Origin: an uncultured Bacilli bacterium
GTDB lineage: Bacteria; Bacillota_I; Bacilli_A; RF39; UBA660
DNA: 64,000 nt
NCBI GenBank assembly: GCA_944350345.1
Contig: CALVOP010000002.1
Span: 577 to 64,576 of the forward strand
Reading direction: 5' to 3'
Position 1 is the stretch's first letter; the number at the start of each line of letters is the position of its first letter. The translations under genes were made by a program, and so were the position numbers. A model generated the notes under the pieces. It had not been told where the DNA came from. It did no database searches and worked only from the letters and a program-made list of their open reading frames with translations. Shown piece by piece: positions 27,262-38,191 of the stretch.

Positions 27262-27574
27262 TAAAATAATTGTTTTATGGGGATTTATTATTTTTGGCTT
27301 AGTTATAAGTATTTATATTCTTGGCATTAGCAAAAGTGATGAAGTTAAATACGACGAAATAAAGGATAATTTAAAATTGTCCGTTAATAATTATTTGGCT
27401 GACAATGATCTTTGGCCAGTCAATTCGGTTACTGTTTCTAGTGAAGAATTAATTGAAAACAATTATATGAACGAATTGTCTTATGAAAATAGTAAATGTT
27501 TTGCTGATGTAATCGTTACTAATACTGGCAAAAAATATAACTATGAATATGATATTACTTGTGTTTATGAATAA
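27254..27574 (+). CDS. Pilin-like / minor-pilin-like membrane protein. The start is ATG 27254 (RBS GGAGAGAAAGG), overlapping the previous gene's stop.
   Basis: MNNKIIVLWGFIIFGLVISIYILGI has one N-terminal TM helix. A C-terminal Cys pair (KCF...TCVYE) parallels the neighbours. The ORF-track start at 27167 lies inside the upstream gene. Confidence 0.45.
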   Translation: MNNKIIVLWGFIIFGLVISIYILGISKSDEVKYDEIKDNLKLSVNNYLADNDLWPVNSVTVSSEELIENNYMNELSYENSKCFADVIVTNTGKKYNYEYDITCVYE

Positions 27575-27639
27575 ATTATACTTTTAAAGTATGATTTTTT
27601 TTGTTATAATGATTGTTAGAGAATAAAGGTAGGAATATT

Positions 27640-28872
27640 ATGAAACAAATAGTTACTAGTTTAGATGTTGGTAGTGATAAAATTAAACTCGTTGTTAGTG
27701 AAGTACATAATAATAATTTTTTTGTTTTGGCTTGTTCTGAAGTTAGTAGTAAAGGCATAAAGAAAGGATTTGTTGTTGATCCGGAAACTGCCATTGAAAG
27801 TGTTAAAGAGTGTTTTAAAAGGGTAAATGAAGTATTAGGTATAAAAATCGATAACGTTATTCTTACAATTCCTTCTGATGAAAGTGAATTTATTAAAAGC
27901 GATGGATATACTACAATAAATAGGGAAGAAAATATTGTTAGTGGAGATGATATTGTACGTGCGTTACAGGCTTGTGTTTATAATAAAGTTCCCGTAAATA
28001 AGGAACTTGTTAATATTATGCCTTTGAATTATATTCTTGATGAAGATACTGTTGTGGATGATCCTAAGGGTGAACATGCAAATAAGTTAACTGTGAACTC
28101 GGTGCTAGGGGTTGTACCTAAGAAAAATGTTTATGGAATATTTGCATTACTCAATACCATTGGAATCAAAGTAACTGATGTATGTTTCGGTGGAATTGCT
28201 GATTATTACGAATTTAGGCGAAAAGGTATGATGGATAGTGAGGTTGCTGTTATAAATATTGGTAAAGATAAAACTGAAATTAGTATATTAAGTAAAAATG
28301 TTTTAGTAGGAAATGATGTCTTAAATATTGGGGGAAGAAATATTGACCGAGATATATCATATGTTTATGATTTAAGTTTAAAAGAATCTGTTAAACTTAA
28401 AGAAAAATTTGCTTTGGCACATAAGAAGCATGCTAGTACTAGTGAAACTTATGAATGCTTGACAAAAAATAATGAAACAATTAAAATAAATCAGTATGAG
28501 ATAAGTGAAATTGTATACGAAAGAGTCAAAGAAATTCTTGAACTTTCAAAAAAACAAATTAATATCTTAACAAAAAAGGAAATTAGTTATATAATTATTA
28601 CAGGGGGTAGTACAGAGATAGAAGACTTTAATGAAGTTGTTGATGAAGTGATTGGTAAAAAATCAGTTCTTGGTAATATTACTGAGCTGGGTGTTAGAAA
28701 TAATAAATTTAGTAGTGTACTTGGTATTACGAAGTATTATTCAGAAAAGATTAATTTTAGGAATAGAATAGCAAGTACTATAAGCGAAGAAGAACAAGAA
28801 GAAATGTTTCAAGTTAAGAAAAAATATGGAAATATATTGGGCAAAGTTTATGGATACTTTTTTGATAATTAA
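27640..28872 (+). CDS. ftsA: Cell division protein FtsA (the start is ATG 27640 after AAAGGTAGG; the ORF-track start at 27613 is upstream)
   Basis: The actin-fold N-terminus VTSLDVGSDKIKLVVSEV is typical of FtsA, and it lies immediately upstream of ftsZ. Confidence 0.85.
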   Translation: MKQIVTSLDVGSDKIKLVVSEVHNNNFFVLACSEVSSKGIKKGFVVDPETAIESVKECFKRVNEVLGIKIDNVILTIPSDESEFIKSDGYTTINREENIVSGDDIVRALQACVYNKVPVNKELVNIMPLNYILDEDTVVDDPKGEHANKLTVNSVLGVVPKKNVYGIFALLNTIGIKVTDVCFGGIADYYEFRRKGMMDSEVAVINIGKDKTEISILSKNVLVGNDVLNIGGRNIDRDISYVYDLSLKESVKLKEKFALAHKKHASTSETYECLTKNNETIKINQYEISEIVYERVKEILELSKKQINILTKKEISYIIITGGSTEIEDFNEVVDEVIGKKSVLGNITELGVRNNKFSSVLGITKYYSEKINFRNRIASTISEEEQEEMFQVKKKYGNILGKVYGYFFDN

Positions 28873-28884
28873 GGAGTGAATTAT

Positions 28885-29940
28885 ATGCAAGGTACATCGT
28901 TAGAAATGGATCAAATAGCTAAAATAAAGGTAATTGGTATTGGTGGTGGAGGATGCAATGCTGTTAACCGAATGATAGATTCTGGACTTAAAGGCGTTGA
29001 ATTTATTGTTGCAAATACTGATTTACAGGTTTTAAATTCTTCTAAGGCTGAACATAAGTTACAGATAGGTGCAACTATTACTGATGGTTTAGGTGCAGGT
29101 GCTGACCCAGAGGTTGGTAGAGAAGCTGCTCTTGAAAGTAGAAGTGAAATTGAAGATGCTTTAAGAGGAGCAGATATGGTTTTTGTAACCTGTGGTCTTG
29201 GTGGAGGAACTGGAACGGGCGCTGCTCCGGTTATTGCTGAAATAGCTCAAAGCTTGGGTTGTTTGACTGTAGCTATAGTTACTAAACCATTTAAGTTTGA
29301 AGGTAAAAAGAGAATGGATCATGCTTTGTTAGGTCTTGATGAGTTAAAGAAGCATGTTGATACAATAGTTGTTATACCAAATGATAGATTAAGGGATTTA
29401 ATTGATAAGTCAACTCCAATGCGTGATGCGTTTAGAGAAGTAGATAATGTTTTAAGATTGGGTGTTCAATCTATATCTGATTTGATAAGCGTTCCTGGTC
29501 TTGTTAATTTGGACTTTGCTGATGTTAAGGCAATTATGGAAAATAGGGGAACTGCTTTGATAGGTATTGGTGTTGGTTTTGGTGAAAATCGTGCGATTGA
29601 AGCAGCTAAACAAGCTATTTCAAGTCCATTACTAGAAACAACTATTAATGGTGCTACTGATTGTATTATAAATATTACAGGTGGAAGTAGTTTGACTTTG
29701 TTTGAAGCAGAAGATGCAGCTGAAGTTATTCGTGCAGCAGCTAATACTGATGTTAATATTATATTTGGTGCTGTGATTAATGAAGCTTTAAGTGAAGAAG
29801 TAATTGTTACTGTAATTGCAACTGGATTTGAGGATGAAAGTGAACCTTTATATCAAAGTTATAGTAGTGATTCTAGTTTATCTATGGATGATACAGATAT
29901 AGATGATTTACCTCCATTTTTGAGAGATAGAGATATTTAA
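28885..29940 (+). CDS. ftsZ: Cell division GTPase FtsZ (the start is ATG 28885, 6 nt after AAGGAGTGA)
   Basis: [35 protein letters not shown] (the tubulin signature) and a C-terminal DIPPFLR peptide are present. Confidence 0.95.
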   Translation: MQGTSLEMDQIAKIKVIGIGGGGCNAVNRMIDSGLKGVEFIVANTDLQVLNSSKAEHKLQIGATITDGLGAGADPEVGREAALESRSEIEDALRGADMVFVTCGLGGGTGTGAAPVIAEIAQSLGCLTVAIVTKPFKFEGKKRMDHALLGLDELKKHVDTIVVIPNDRLRDLIDKSTPMRDAFREVDNVLRLGVQSISDLISVPGLVNLDFADVKAIMENRGTALIGIGVGFGENRAIEAAKQAISSPLLETTINGATDCIINITGGSSLTLFEAEDAAEVIRAAANTDVNIIFGAVINEALSEEVIVTVIATGFEDESEPLYQSYSSDSSLSMDDTDIDDLPPFLRDRDI

Positions 29941-29961
29941 ATATAAATGTGTTTGTATTTT

Positions 29962-30048
29962 AAAAAAATATTAGAGTTTGCTTTCTAATATTTTTTTGTG
30001 GGCTAATACTTAATAATTTAAATAAAAAAAGTATCAAAATTGATACTT
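29962..30048. terminator. Two back-to-back rho-independent terminators (ftsZ + strand 29962-29997; rpsD - strand 30022-30048)
   Basis: The first is AAATATTAGAG...TCTAATATTT followed by T7. The second is the AGTATCAAAATTGATACT palindrome flanked by an A-run. Confidence 0.65.
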
Positions 30049-30648
30049 TTATCTGTTGTAGAATTCAACTATTAATGATTCATTAACTTCTGCATTTAAT
30101 TCTTCTCTTTCAGGGTATCTTAAGTAAGTGCCTTGTTGTTTTTTATCATCCCAACTTACATATTGAACTCTGTTAGTTGTATTTTCTAAACATTCTTTAA
30201 TTGCTGGATGATTTAGAGATTTTTCGCGAAGTGTTATAACGTCTCCTGGTTTTACTTGGTAAGATGGAATATTTACTTTTTTTCCATTTACAAGTATATG
30301 TCCATGATTTACTACTTGTCTTGCAGCTTTTCTTGTTTTAGCTAAACCTAAACGATAAACTATGTTATCAAGTCTGCTTTCTAACATAACTAATAAGTTA
30401 GTACCATGAACACCTTTTTTCTTGCCAGCAGCTTCGTATGTTTTTCTGAATTGTTTTTCACTTAGTCCATATAAATTCTTTACTTTTTGTTTTTCTTGTA
30501 ATTGAATACCATATTCGCTAAGTTTTTTTCTGCTTGTTCCGTGTTGTCCTGGAGCAGTAGTTCTTTTTCTAAATTCTTTACCACTTTCAAGCACTGAAAA
30601 ACCTAAACGTCTAGATTTTTTAAATACAGGTCCTGTATATCTTGACAT
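30049..30648 (-). CDS. rpsD: 30S ribosomal protein S4
   Basis: [18 protein letters not shown]... is a canonical S4. The 5' leader (30649-30800) may be the S4 autoregulatory region. Confidence 0.95.
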   Translation of the reverse strand: MSRYTGPVFKKSRRLGFSVLESGKEFRKRTTAPGQHGTSRKKLSEYGIQLQEKQKVKNLYGLSEKQFRKTYEAAGKKKGVHGTNLLVMLESRLDNIVYRLGLAKTRKAARQVVNHGHILVNGKKVNIPSYQVKPGDVITLREKSLNHPAIKECLENTTNRVQYVSWDDKKQQGTYLRYPEREELNAEVNESLIVEFYNR

Positions 30649-30897
30649 ACTTTTCCTCCTTTACAAACATATTTGTAAACAAAGGTTAATATTATTCTCA
30701 TAGTAGGGTGTTTACCTAAACGCTTTCATTTTTGGCTAACTACTTACGAAATAAACTTGGTAAACGCATTACTAATAAATAACTCACCAAATGAATACGT
30801 ACTTAATTATACTAAATAAATTAATAAATATCAATAAAAATATGCTTTTAAAAAATGTATATGCGTGGTAAAATACTAATAGAGAGTAGGTGTATGG

Positions 30898-32616
30898 ATG
30901 ACTAAAAGTGGAATAATTTTAACATTTATAATGATTTATATTATTGGAATTATTTTGTTAGTCGCTACTTTGTTTGGAATAAGAAGACGTACTAAGAATA
31001 AATTAGAAAAGGAACTTAGTGCATTAGAGGTTTTAAAAAATAATATTATTTCTGCTTCTATTTTGACTGAACTTAATAAAGTTAAAAGCCTTATTAATAA
31101 TGAATATTTGGAAAAATTATACAATAGTTGGGAAAAGGAATTTAATCAAATTAAGGATTTTAAAATACCGGGTATAACTGATAAAATACTTGATATTGAA
31201 ACTTTAATTGATGAAAATAAGTTTAAAGAAGCTTCTTTTGGATTAGCTCAGTTGGAAATGGATATTAGTGTCGCGCAAAATGAAGTAAATATTCTTTTAG
31301 ATAATGTTAAAGAAATTACTATGAGTGAAGAAAGAAATAGAAATACTGTAACTAAACTTAAAACTATCTATCGTGAAGCTCTTACAAAGTTTAATAAAAA
31401 TAAAAATGATTATAAAGATGTTATTAATCCTATTGAACTTCAGTTTGAAAATATTAATAAACTTTTTGGTGCTTTTGAAACAGCAATGGAACAAAATGAA
31501 TATGATAATGTAGGTAAAATTGTTAAAGCACTTGATGAAACTATTAAAAATATAGTTATAGTTATTGATGAAGCTCCTACAATAATTCTTATGGGTAAAA
31601 TTGTTATTCCTAAAAAGATAAGTGATATTAAAGGTCTTTATACTAAACTTAAAAAGTCAGGTTTTAATTTAGATTATCTTAATTTAGATTATAATATTAG
31701 TGAAACTGAAAAGAAACTTAGTGATATTTTTGATAGATTAAATGTTTTAAACTTGGAAGATAGTATATTTGATCTTAAAACTATGCTTGATTATTTTGAT
31801 GGATTATTTATTGATTTTGATAAGGAAAAATCAAGTAAGAAAGTTTATGAAAATGGAATTTATTCTTTGAATGAAAAGATTACTAGGTTAAATACTGTTC
31901 TTAAAAATATTTATGTTGAAATTGATAGTTTGAAAAATACATATACTTTTAATCAGAATGAGTTAGAAGTTATAGATGAAATACGTAAAGAACTTGTTTC
32001 TTGTAAAGATGATTATAAGTTGATGAGTGATAGAACTAGAACTAAAAGTACTCCTTATTCTGTACTTAGTAATGAATGTGAGAGCTTGAGTGTTAGACTT
32101 AATAAAATTGAGGATAATATAGAAATTGCTTTGAAGAGTTTAAGTAGTCTTAAGGAAGATGAGTTAAGAGCTCGTGAACAGCTAACTGAAATTAGAAATG
32201 TAATTAGTGAAAGTAAAACTAAAATTAAGAGTTATAAATTACCAGTTATACCTAAAAAATATTTTGTTGAACTTGAGGAAAGCGCAATGGCTTTAAAAGA
32301 GATTATTAAAGAACTTGATAAAAAACCAATTAATATTGAAACGCTTAATACAAGGGTTGATACTGGAAGAGATTTGTCTTTTAAAGTTTATAATACTTCA
32401 AATGAGTTAATTAAAACTTGTGCGATGAGTGAAATGGCTATTGTTTATGCTAATAGGTATAGAAGTACTTATAAAGAAATAGAACAAGGTATATTAAAAA
32501 GTGAAAAAGAGTTTTGGAAAGGTGAATATAGGAAAAGTTTAGAAATCATTTTAAATGTTCTTAATTTAGTTGAACCTGGTATACATGAGAAACTTCTTAA
32601 AGCTTATGAAAAATAA
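30898..32616 (+). CDS. ezrA: Septation ring formation regulator EzrA
   Basis: 572 aa. It has an N-terminal TM helix then an all-coiled-coil spectrin-like body. The rpsD-ezrA neighbourhood is as in B. subtilis. Confidence 0.8.
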   Translation: MTKSGIILTFIMIYIIGIILLVATLFGIRRRTKNKLEKELSALEVLKNNIISASILTELNKVKSLINNEYLEKLYNSWEKEFNQIKDFKIPGITDKILDIETLIDENKFKEASFGLAQLEMDISVAQNEVNILLDNVKEITMSEERNRNTVTKLKTIYREALTKFNKNKNDYKDVINPIELQFENINKLFGAFETAMEQNEYDNVGKIVKALDETIKNIVIVIDEAPTIILMGKIVIPKKISDIKGLYTKLKKSGFNLDYLNLDYNISETEKKLSDIFDRLNVLNLEDSIFDLKTMLDYFDGLFIDFDKEKSSKKVYENGIYSLNEKITRLNTVLKNIYVEIDSLKNTYTFNQNELEVIDEIRKELVSCKDDYKLMSDRTRTKSTPYSVLSNECESLSVRLNKIEDNIEIALKSLSSLKEDELRAREQLTEIRNVISESKTKIKSYKLPVIPKKYFVELEESAMALKEIIKELDKKPINIETLNTRVDTGRDLSFKVYNTSNELIKTCAMSEMAIVYANRYRSTYKEIEQGILKSEKEFWKGEYRKSLEIILNVLNLVEPGIHEKLLKAYEK

Positions 32617-32728
32617 CAATTATTAATTTAATTGTTTTTTTGTGTAATAATATAAATGTAAAAACATTATGTTTGGTTTTACTTATATTATTCTTTTTGT
32701 TATAATTTAAATAGAAGGTGTATGATAA

Positions 32729-34894
32729 ATGGCAAAGAAAAAGACTAAAAAAGAAACTGAAAAGAAAGAATTTCAATATAGTAAAGAATTACAAGGATTA
32801 TTACTTATTTTAATAGGTATCATAGGATTTGGTGATTTTGGTATTGTTGGTACTGTTATTAAAGGTTTTTCAATTTTTTTATGTGGAACTTGGTATCCAA
32901 TTTTCCTTATTTTATCTTTAATTTTAGGTATTTATTTTGTTGCTAAAAGAAAAAGTCCAGATTATTTTACCGCTAGATTAATTGGTCTTTATACTATTAT
33001 TGTAGCTATTTTGCTTTTTTCTCATTTGAATTATGTTAATAATAATGATTTATCAGGTGTAGATATTTTTAGAGTTACTACTGATAATATAATGGCATCT
33101 TTAAATAATTTTGATTTGCTTAGGGATACTGGTGGTGGAATGTTTGGTGCATTATTTTCTAGTTTGTTTGTTACGTTGTTTGATATAAATGGGACAATGG
33201 TCGTTGTAGTTGTTCTTGCTATTTTTGGTATAGTTATGTTATTCGATATCACTTTAGCTGATATTTTGAAGGCTATTGTTAAACTATTTAGACGTAAAGG
33301 AAAACAGGTAGTTGAAACTGAAGAATCTGAAGATGAAGAAAAAACTGATGATGGTAAAGTAGTTATAACTAATTTGAATGAGATAATTGATAATTCTACA
33401 CCGATTGATTTAGGTGGGCCTAAGGAACAGGTACAAATGGAGTTAGTTACTGAAAATATGTATGTATTGCCGCCTTTAAGTTTGCTTGAAGAAAGTAAGA
33501 ACAGTGGTAAAATTAATTCAACTGAATTTATTCAATCTAATAATAAGATTTTGGAAAGAGTTTTTAATGATTTTGGAATTGTAGGTAAAGTTGTTGAAGT
33601 TCATGTTGGGCCTACTGTTACTCAGTATGAAGTAGAACTTAAAGCTGGCACTAAAGTCAATAAGGTTTTGAGTATTAATAGGGAAATAGCTCTTGCACTA
33701 GCGGCAAAGGATGTGCGCATTCAAGCTCCTATTCCAGGTAAGAGTACAATTGGTATTGAAATACCTAATCCTGTTCAAGCTGATGTAAAACTTAAAGATA
33801 TTTTGGTTGGTTTGCCTAAGAAACTTGAAAATTCTAAGTTGGTTGCGCCTCTGGGCAAAGATATCATGGGTAATATTCAATATTTTGAGATTAATAAAGC
33901 ACCACATTTGCTTGTTGCTGGTGCGACTGGCAGTGGTAAAAGTGTTTGTATAAATAATTTTATTGTCTCTATTCTTATGAGAACTAAACCAGATGAAGTT
34001 AAATTGATTTTAATTGATCCTAAAAAGGTTGAACTTAGTGTATATGAAGGAATACCGCATTTGCTTAGGCCAGTTGTTACGGATCCTAAAAAGGCAAGCG
34101 TTGCTCTTCAAAAAGTTGTTCAAATAATGGATGAAAGATACGATATGTTTGAGCAAACTGGAACTAAGAGTATAGGAACTTATAATGAATACGTTGAAAA
34201 ACAAATTAGTAAAGGTAAAGAAATGGAAAAGATGCCATTTTTAGTGGTAATCATAGATGAACTTGCTGATTTAATGATGGTTTGTAGCAAAGAAGTTGAA
34301 GAAAGCATTACTAGAATTACTCAGTTAGCTCGTGCTGCTGGTATACATTTAATCGTTGCAACACAAAGACCTTCAACTGATGTCATAACTGGTCTTATTA
34401 AGGCAAATATTCCGTCTAGACTTTCATTTGCTGTTTCTTCTAGTATTGATTCTAGAACGATTTTAGATATGACTGGAGCTGAAAAGTTACTTGGTAAAGG
34501 TGACATGTTGTTCTTGCCTATGGGTGAAAATGTTCCTATTAGAATTCAAGGTAGTTATGTAAGTGATGAAGAAATTAAACGTGTCGTGGATTTTGTTAAA
34601 CGTGGTAAAAAACCTGTTTATGATGAAAAATTGACTGATTTAGAAGAGCCTAGTAAAGTTAATGAAGATTTTTCTGGAGAAGAAGATCCTCTTTATAATG
34701 AAATAGTTGAGTTTGCTATTAAAACTGGTAGAATTAGTGCTTCTTTGATACAAAGAAAGTATAGGCTTGGCTATAATCGCGCGGCAAGAATTGTTGATTT
34801 GCTGGAAGAAAGAGGTATTATTGGGCCTCAAAATGGAAGTAAACCTAGAGAAGTTTTGGTTAAGCTTAAAAATGAAAGTGAGAATGTAGAATGA
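32729..34894 (+). CDS. ftsK: DNA translocase FtsK/SpoIIIE
   Basis: It has N-terminal TM segments, a motor domain with Walker A (GATGSGKSV) and Walker B (VVIIDELAD), and a C-terminal gamma winged helix. Confidence 0.92.
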   Translation: MAKKKTKKETEKKEFQYSKELQGLLLILIGIIGFGDFGIVGTVIKGFSIFLCGTWYPIFLILSLILGIYFVAKRKSPDYFTARLIGLYTIIVAILLFSHLNYVNNNDLSGVDIFRVTTDNIMASLNNFDLLRDTGGGMFGALFSSLFVTLFDINGTMVVVVVLAIFGIVMLFDITLADILKAIVKLFRRKGKQVVETEESEDEEKTDDGKVVITNLNEIIDNSTPIDLGGPKEQVQMELVTENMYVLPPLSLLEESKNSGKINSTEFIQSNNKILERVFNDFGIVGKVVEVHVGPTVTQYEVELKAGTKVNKVLSINREIALALAAKDVRIQAPIPGKSTIGIEIPNPVQADVKLKDILVGLPKKLENSKLVAPLGKDIMGNIQYFEINKAPHLLVAGATGSGKSVCINNFIVSILMRTKPDEVKLILIDPKKVELSVYEGIPHLLRPVVTDPKKASVALQKVVQIMDERYDMFEQTGTKSIGTYNEYVEKQISKGKEMEKMPFLVVIIDELADLMMVCSKEVEESITRITQLARAAGIHLIVATQRPSTDVITGLIKANIPSRLSFAVSSSIDSRTILDMTGAEKLLGKGDMLFLPMGENVPIRIQGSYVSDEEIKRVVDFVKRGKKPVYDEKLTDLEEPSKVNEDFSGEEDPLYNEIVEFAIKTGRISASLIQRKYRLGYNRAARIVDLLEERGIIGPQNGSKPREVLVKLKNESENVE

Positions 34895-35592
34895 CACCTC
34901 ATATTGAATGTGATAAAAGTAAGATTGCTCCTTTAGTTATTATGCCTGGGGACCCTAGACGTACTAAATATATTGCTGAGAAGTTTTTGGATAATGTTAC
35001 CCTAGTTAATTCGGTTAGGGAGGAATATGCTTATACTGGGAACTATAAAGGTATTTCTGTAACTGTTTTTAGTAGTGGTATGGGCAATGCTTCTATGGGT
35101 ATTTATTCGCATGAACTTTTTAGTTTTTATGATGTAAAAGCAATTTTAAGAGTTGGATCATGTGGTAGTTATTGTAGTGATATTGATGTACATGACATTT
35201 GTATTTTAAAAGATGTTTTTAGTAATAGTAACTATGCCAAGGAATATGCGAATATTACTGACAAAGTTCTATATTCTAACTCTAATTTTAATAATGTTAT
35301 TTCTGAAACTGCTTTAAATCTAAATATAAACATTAAAAGTGTAACTGCAAATAATGTTGATGCTTTTTATAGTGAAATTAATTATGATGAAATGAAACAA
35401 TATGATTGTAAAGTAGTTGAAATGGAATCTTTTGCACTTTTTGCCAATGCTAAAGTTTTAAATAAAATTGCAAGTGCTTTGGTAACTGTAAGTGATAGTT
35501 TTGTTACTGGTGAAAAATTGTCAAGTTCTGATAGAGAAAAGGATTTTGACGAAATGATTGTTTTGGCATTAGAAAGCATTATTAAATTATAA
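34891..35592 (+). CDS. deoD: Purine nucleoside phosphorylase, DeoD-type
   Basis: MTPHIECDKSKIAPLVIMPGDPRRTKYIAEKFL aligns with E. coli DeoD ([33 protein letters not shown]). It is 233 aa. Confidence 0.85.
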   Translation: MTPHIECDKSKIAPLVIMPGDPRRTKYIAEKFLDNVTLVNSVREEYAYTGNYKGISVTVFSSGMGNASMGIYSHELFSFYDVKAILRVGSCGSYCSDIDVHDICILKDVFSNSNYAKEYANITDKVLYSNSNFNNVISETALNLNINIKSVTANNVDAFYSEINYDEMKQYDCKVVEMESFALFANAKVLNKIASALVTVSDSFVTGEKLSSSDREKDFDEMIVLALESIIKL

Positions 35593-35620
35593 TTGGTTAT
35601 AATAAAATATGAGGTGAAGT

Positions 35621-36886
35621 ATGGAACATAAAGTAATTGACAAAAAGAAATATAAAATAAATCTTATTAAAACTGATAGATTTAAAACAGTAGTTGTAAG
35701 AGTAACTTTTATAAATAATTTTAATGAAGAATTTGTTGAAAATGTTCCTTTGCTACAAAAACTTCTAGTAACTAAATCTAAAAAATATGATTCTAATGTT
35801 AAATTGGTAAGAGAATTGGAAAAGTTGTATCTACCTAATATATCTACTTCTAGTAATATGTATGGTAATTATTTTTTAATTAATTTTTCTTTGGAAATGA
35901 TTAATCCTAAGTATACTGAAATGGGTATGTATGATAAATCATTTAAAATATTTAATGAACTTTTGTTAAATCCAGTGGCTGATGAAGATGGATTTTTTAA
36001 GAGTATATTTGATGTAGATAAAAAAACTGTTATTTCTAACATTGAAAGGACTAGTGAAAATGGGACGGTTTTAGCTGAAAATATATATGATAGAAATATG
36101 TTTAAAGGTACTAGTTATGAGTATACTACTTTTAATGTTTTAGATAAAATTAGAAAAATTAATAGTAAAAAGTTGTATGATTTTTATAAGAAATTAATTA
36201 GTAAATCTAAAGTTATCGTAACAGTTTTAGGTGATTTTGATGAAGACGTTATTTTAAAAAATATAGAAAAGTTGATGAAGAAAATTAAGACTAGTGATAA
36301 ACTTGGTAATGTTCTTTTGGATGAAATTAAAACAAAAAGCGTAAATGTTATTAAACTTGAAAAAGATTTTTTTCAGTCTACTTTGTTAATGGGCTATAAA
36401 TTTTATGGCTTGTCTGATTTTGAAAGACATTATGTTTTGCCAGTTTATAATATGATTTTAGGTAGTATGAATAATTCTATTTTGTTTGTAAATGTTAGAG
36501 AAAAGAATTCGCTTTGTTATTCTGTTATCTCTTATCTTCATAAAATGGTTCCTGCTTTGACTATTGAATGTGGTATTAGTGCTAAAAATTATGACAAAAC
36601 TTTGAGTGTTATTAAAAAGTCTGTTAAATTGATGAGTGATAAAAAAGAAGTTGGAAAGTTGTATAAAAATGCTATTAATACTATAAATCTTTCATTAAAT
36701 GATATTTATGATAGTGTAGACCGTATAATAGATATTTATCTTTATCATGAATTTGATAATACTGATGGTATAGAAGAAAAACGCATGAAATATAATAGTG
36801 TTTCAGTTGATGATATTGTTTCTTTAAATAAGAAAATGAAACTAAATACTGTTTTATTTATGGAGGGAAAATATGAAGAAAATTAA
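35621..36886 (+). CDS. M16-family peptidase homologue lacking the HxxEH motif (probably the non-catalytic partner, YmfF-like)
   Basis: It has pitrilysin-like length and fold signatures. It lacks an HxxEH zinc site, and the adjacent gene carries one. The ftsK-ymfF-ymfH-like synteny fits. Confidence 0.6.
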   Translation: MEHKVIDKKKYKINLIKTDRFKTVVVRVTFINNFNEEFVENVPLLQKLLVTKSKKYDSNVKLVRELEKLYLPNISTSSNMYGNYFLINFSLEMINPKYTEMGMYDKSFKIFNELLLNPVADEDGFFKSIFDVDKKTVISNIERTSENGTVLAENIYDRNMFKGTSYEYTTFNVLDKIRKINSKKLYDFYKKLISKSKVIVTVLGDFDEDVILKNIEKLMKKIKTSDKLGNVLLDEIKTKSVNVIKLEKDFFQSTLLMGYKFYGLSDFERHYVLPVYNMILGSMNNSILFVNVREKNSLCYSVISYLHKMVPALTIECGISAKNYDKTLSVIKKSVKLMSDKKEVGKLYKNAINTINLSLNDIYDSVDRIIDIYLYHEFDNTDGIEEKRMKYNSVSVDDIVSLNKKMKLNTVLFMEGKYEEN

Positions 36887-38141
36887 TTTTAAAAATATTA
36901 ATGAAGTTTTATATGAAGAACTCCTTCCTAATAAGTTAAAAGTTATTTATTATAAAACTAAAAAAACTAAAAACTTTTATATTACTGTTAGTACTCTTTA
37001 TGGAGCAGGTGTAACTAAATATAAAAAGAATGGTAAGGTTATTAATGTAATACCTGGAACTGCTCATTTTTTGGAACATAGAATTATGGATTTTACTAAA
37101 AATAAAAAAGCAATGAAACTTATTAGTGATTTGGGCAGTATGCCTAATGCTTATACTATGCATGATATTACAAATTATAATATTTTTGGTGGAACTGATT
37201 TGATAAAAAATTTGGAACTTCTTTTGGATAGAGTTTTTAAACCTAATATTAGGGAAGAAGATGTTATAAGTGAAAGGGGTATTATTGGCGAAGAAATAGA
37301 TATGGAACAGGATAATATTAATACTGTACTTTTGTATTCTGCTATGAATAATACGTTTAAAACTGATAAAAGTATGTGTATTCCTGTTTTAGGTGAAAAA
37401 GCTGATATTGAAAAGATAACTAGTGAATATTTAATTAGTATTTATAATGATTTTTATACTTATGATAAAATGCATATCGTTGTTTGTGGCGACTTTGATA
37501 TAGAAGAAGTAAGTAATTATATCCATGATTATTTTAAGGGAACTAAATGTAGTGACGAGAAAGTTAAAGTGTTGTATGACAAAGAAAGTGACAAGGTGGA
37601 TGTTAATTATTTTGAAATTAATAGAGAAGTTGTAAAAGATAAAACTGGTGTTGTTTTTAAAATACCTGTTAAATGTTTTAAAGGTATTAAAAATAATGAT
37701 TTGAATCGTTATTTGAATATATTATTTACTTGTATGTATGGTAGTACTTCTACTGTTAAATCTGATCTTGAAAAAATGGGAATAACTGGTTTTAATTTTT
37801 TGACTAAAAGAGTTAATAATTATTTTGTTATTATTTTAATTGGTTCTGGTGATAGTAATAAGTTTGTTAATTTTATTTTAAATAATGTTAAAAATATTAA
37901 AATTAGTAAAGTAGACTTTGAAAGTAAAATTAAGGTTATGATTAGTCAACTTATTCTTGATTTTGAAGATGTTATAAATGTTGAAAGTTTTATAACTGAT
38001 CAGATTAAGTTTAATGGTAAAATTGTTAAAAATGCAAAAGATGAACTTTTGAAGTTAGATTATGGTGTTTTTAAAGATATTTATAAAAATTTGAATTTTG
38101 ATAATAGAAGTGTTTTACGTATTACTAATAGTAACTCGTAA
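36873..38141 (+). CDS. M16-family zinc peptidase (HFLEH inverted zinc-binding motif; YmfH-like)
   Basis: GTAHFLEHRIMDF matches HxxEH, and a downstream glutamate region is present. Confidence 0.7.
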   Translation: MKKINFKNINEVLYEELLPNKLKVIYYKTKKTKNFYITVSTLYGAGVTKYKKNGKVINVIPGTAHFLEHRIMDFTKNKKAMKLISDLGSMPNAYTMHDITNYNIFGGTDLIKNLELLLDRVFKPNIREEDVISERGIIGEEIDMEQDNINTVLLYSAMNNTFKTDKSMCIPVLGEKADIEKITSEYLISIYNDFYTYDKMHIVVCGDFDIEEVSNYIHDYFKGTKCSDEKVKVLYDKESDKVDVNYFEINREVVKDKTGVVFKIPVKCFKGIKNNDLNRYLNILFTCMYGSTSTVKSDLEKMGITGFNFLTKRVNNYFVIILIGSGDSNKFVNFILNNVKNIKISKVDFESKIKVMISQLILDFEDVINVESFITDQIKFNGKIVKNAKDELLKLDYGVFKDIYKNLNFDNRSVLRITNSNS

Positions 38142-38191
38142 ATCTTTTTTATTTTATGGATTTTATTTCGTATTTTTGTTAAAATGTAGTT

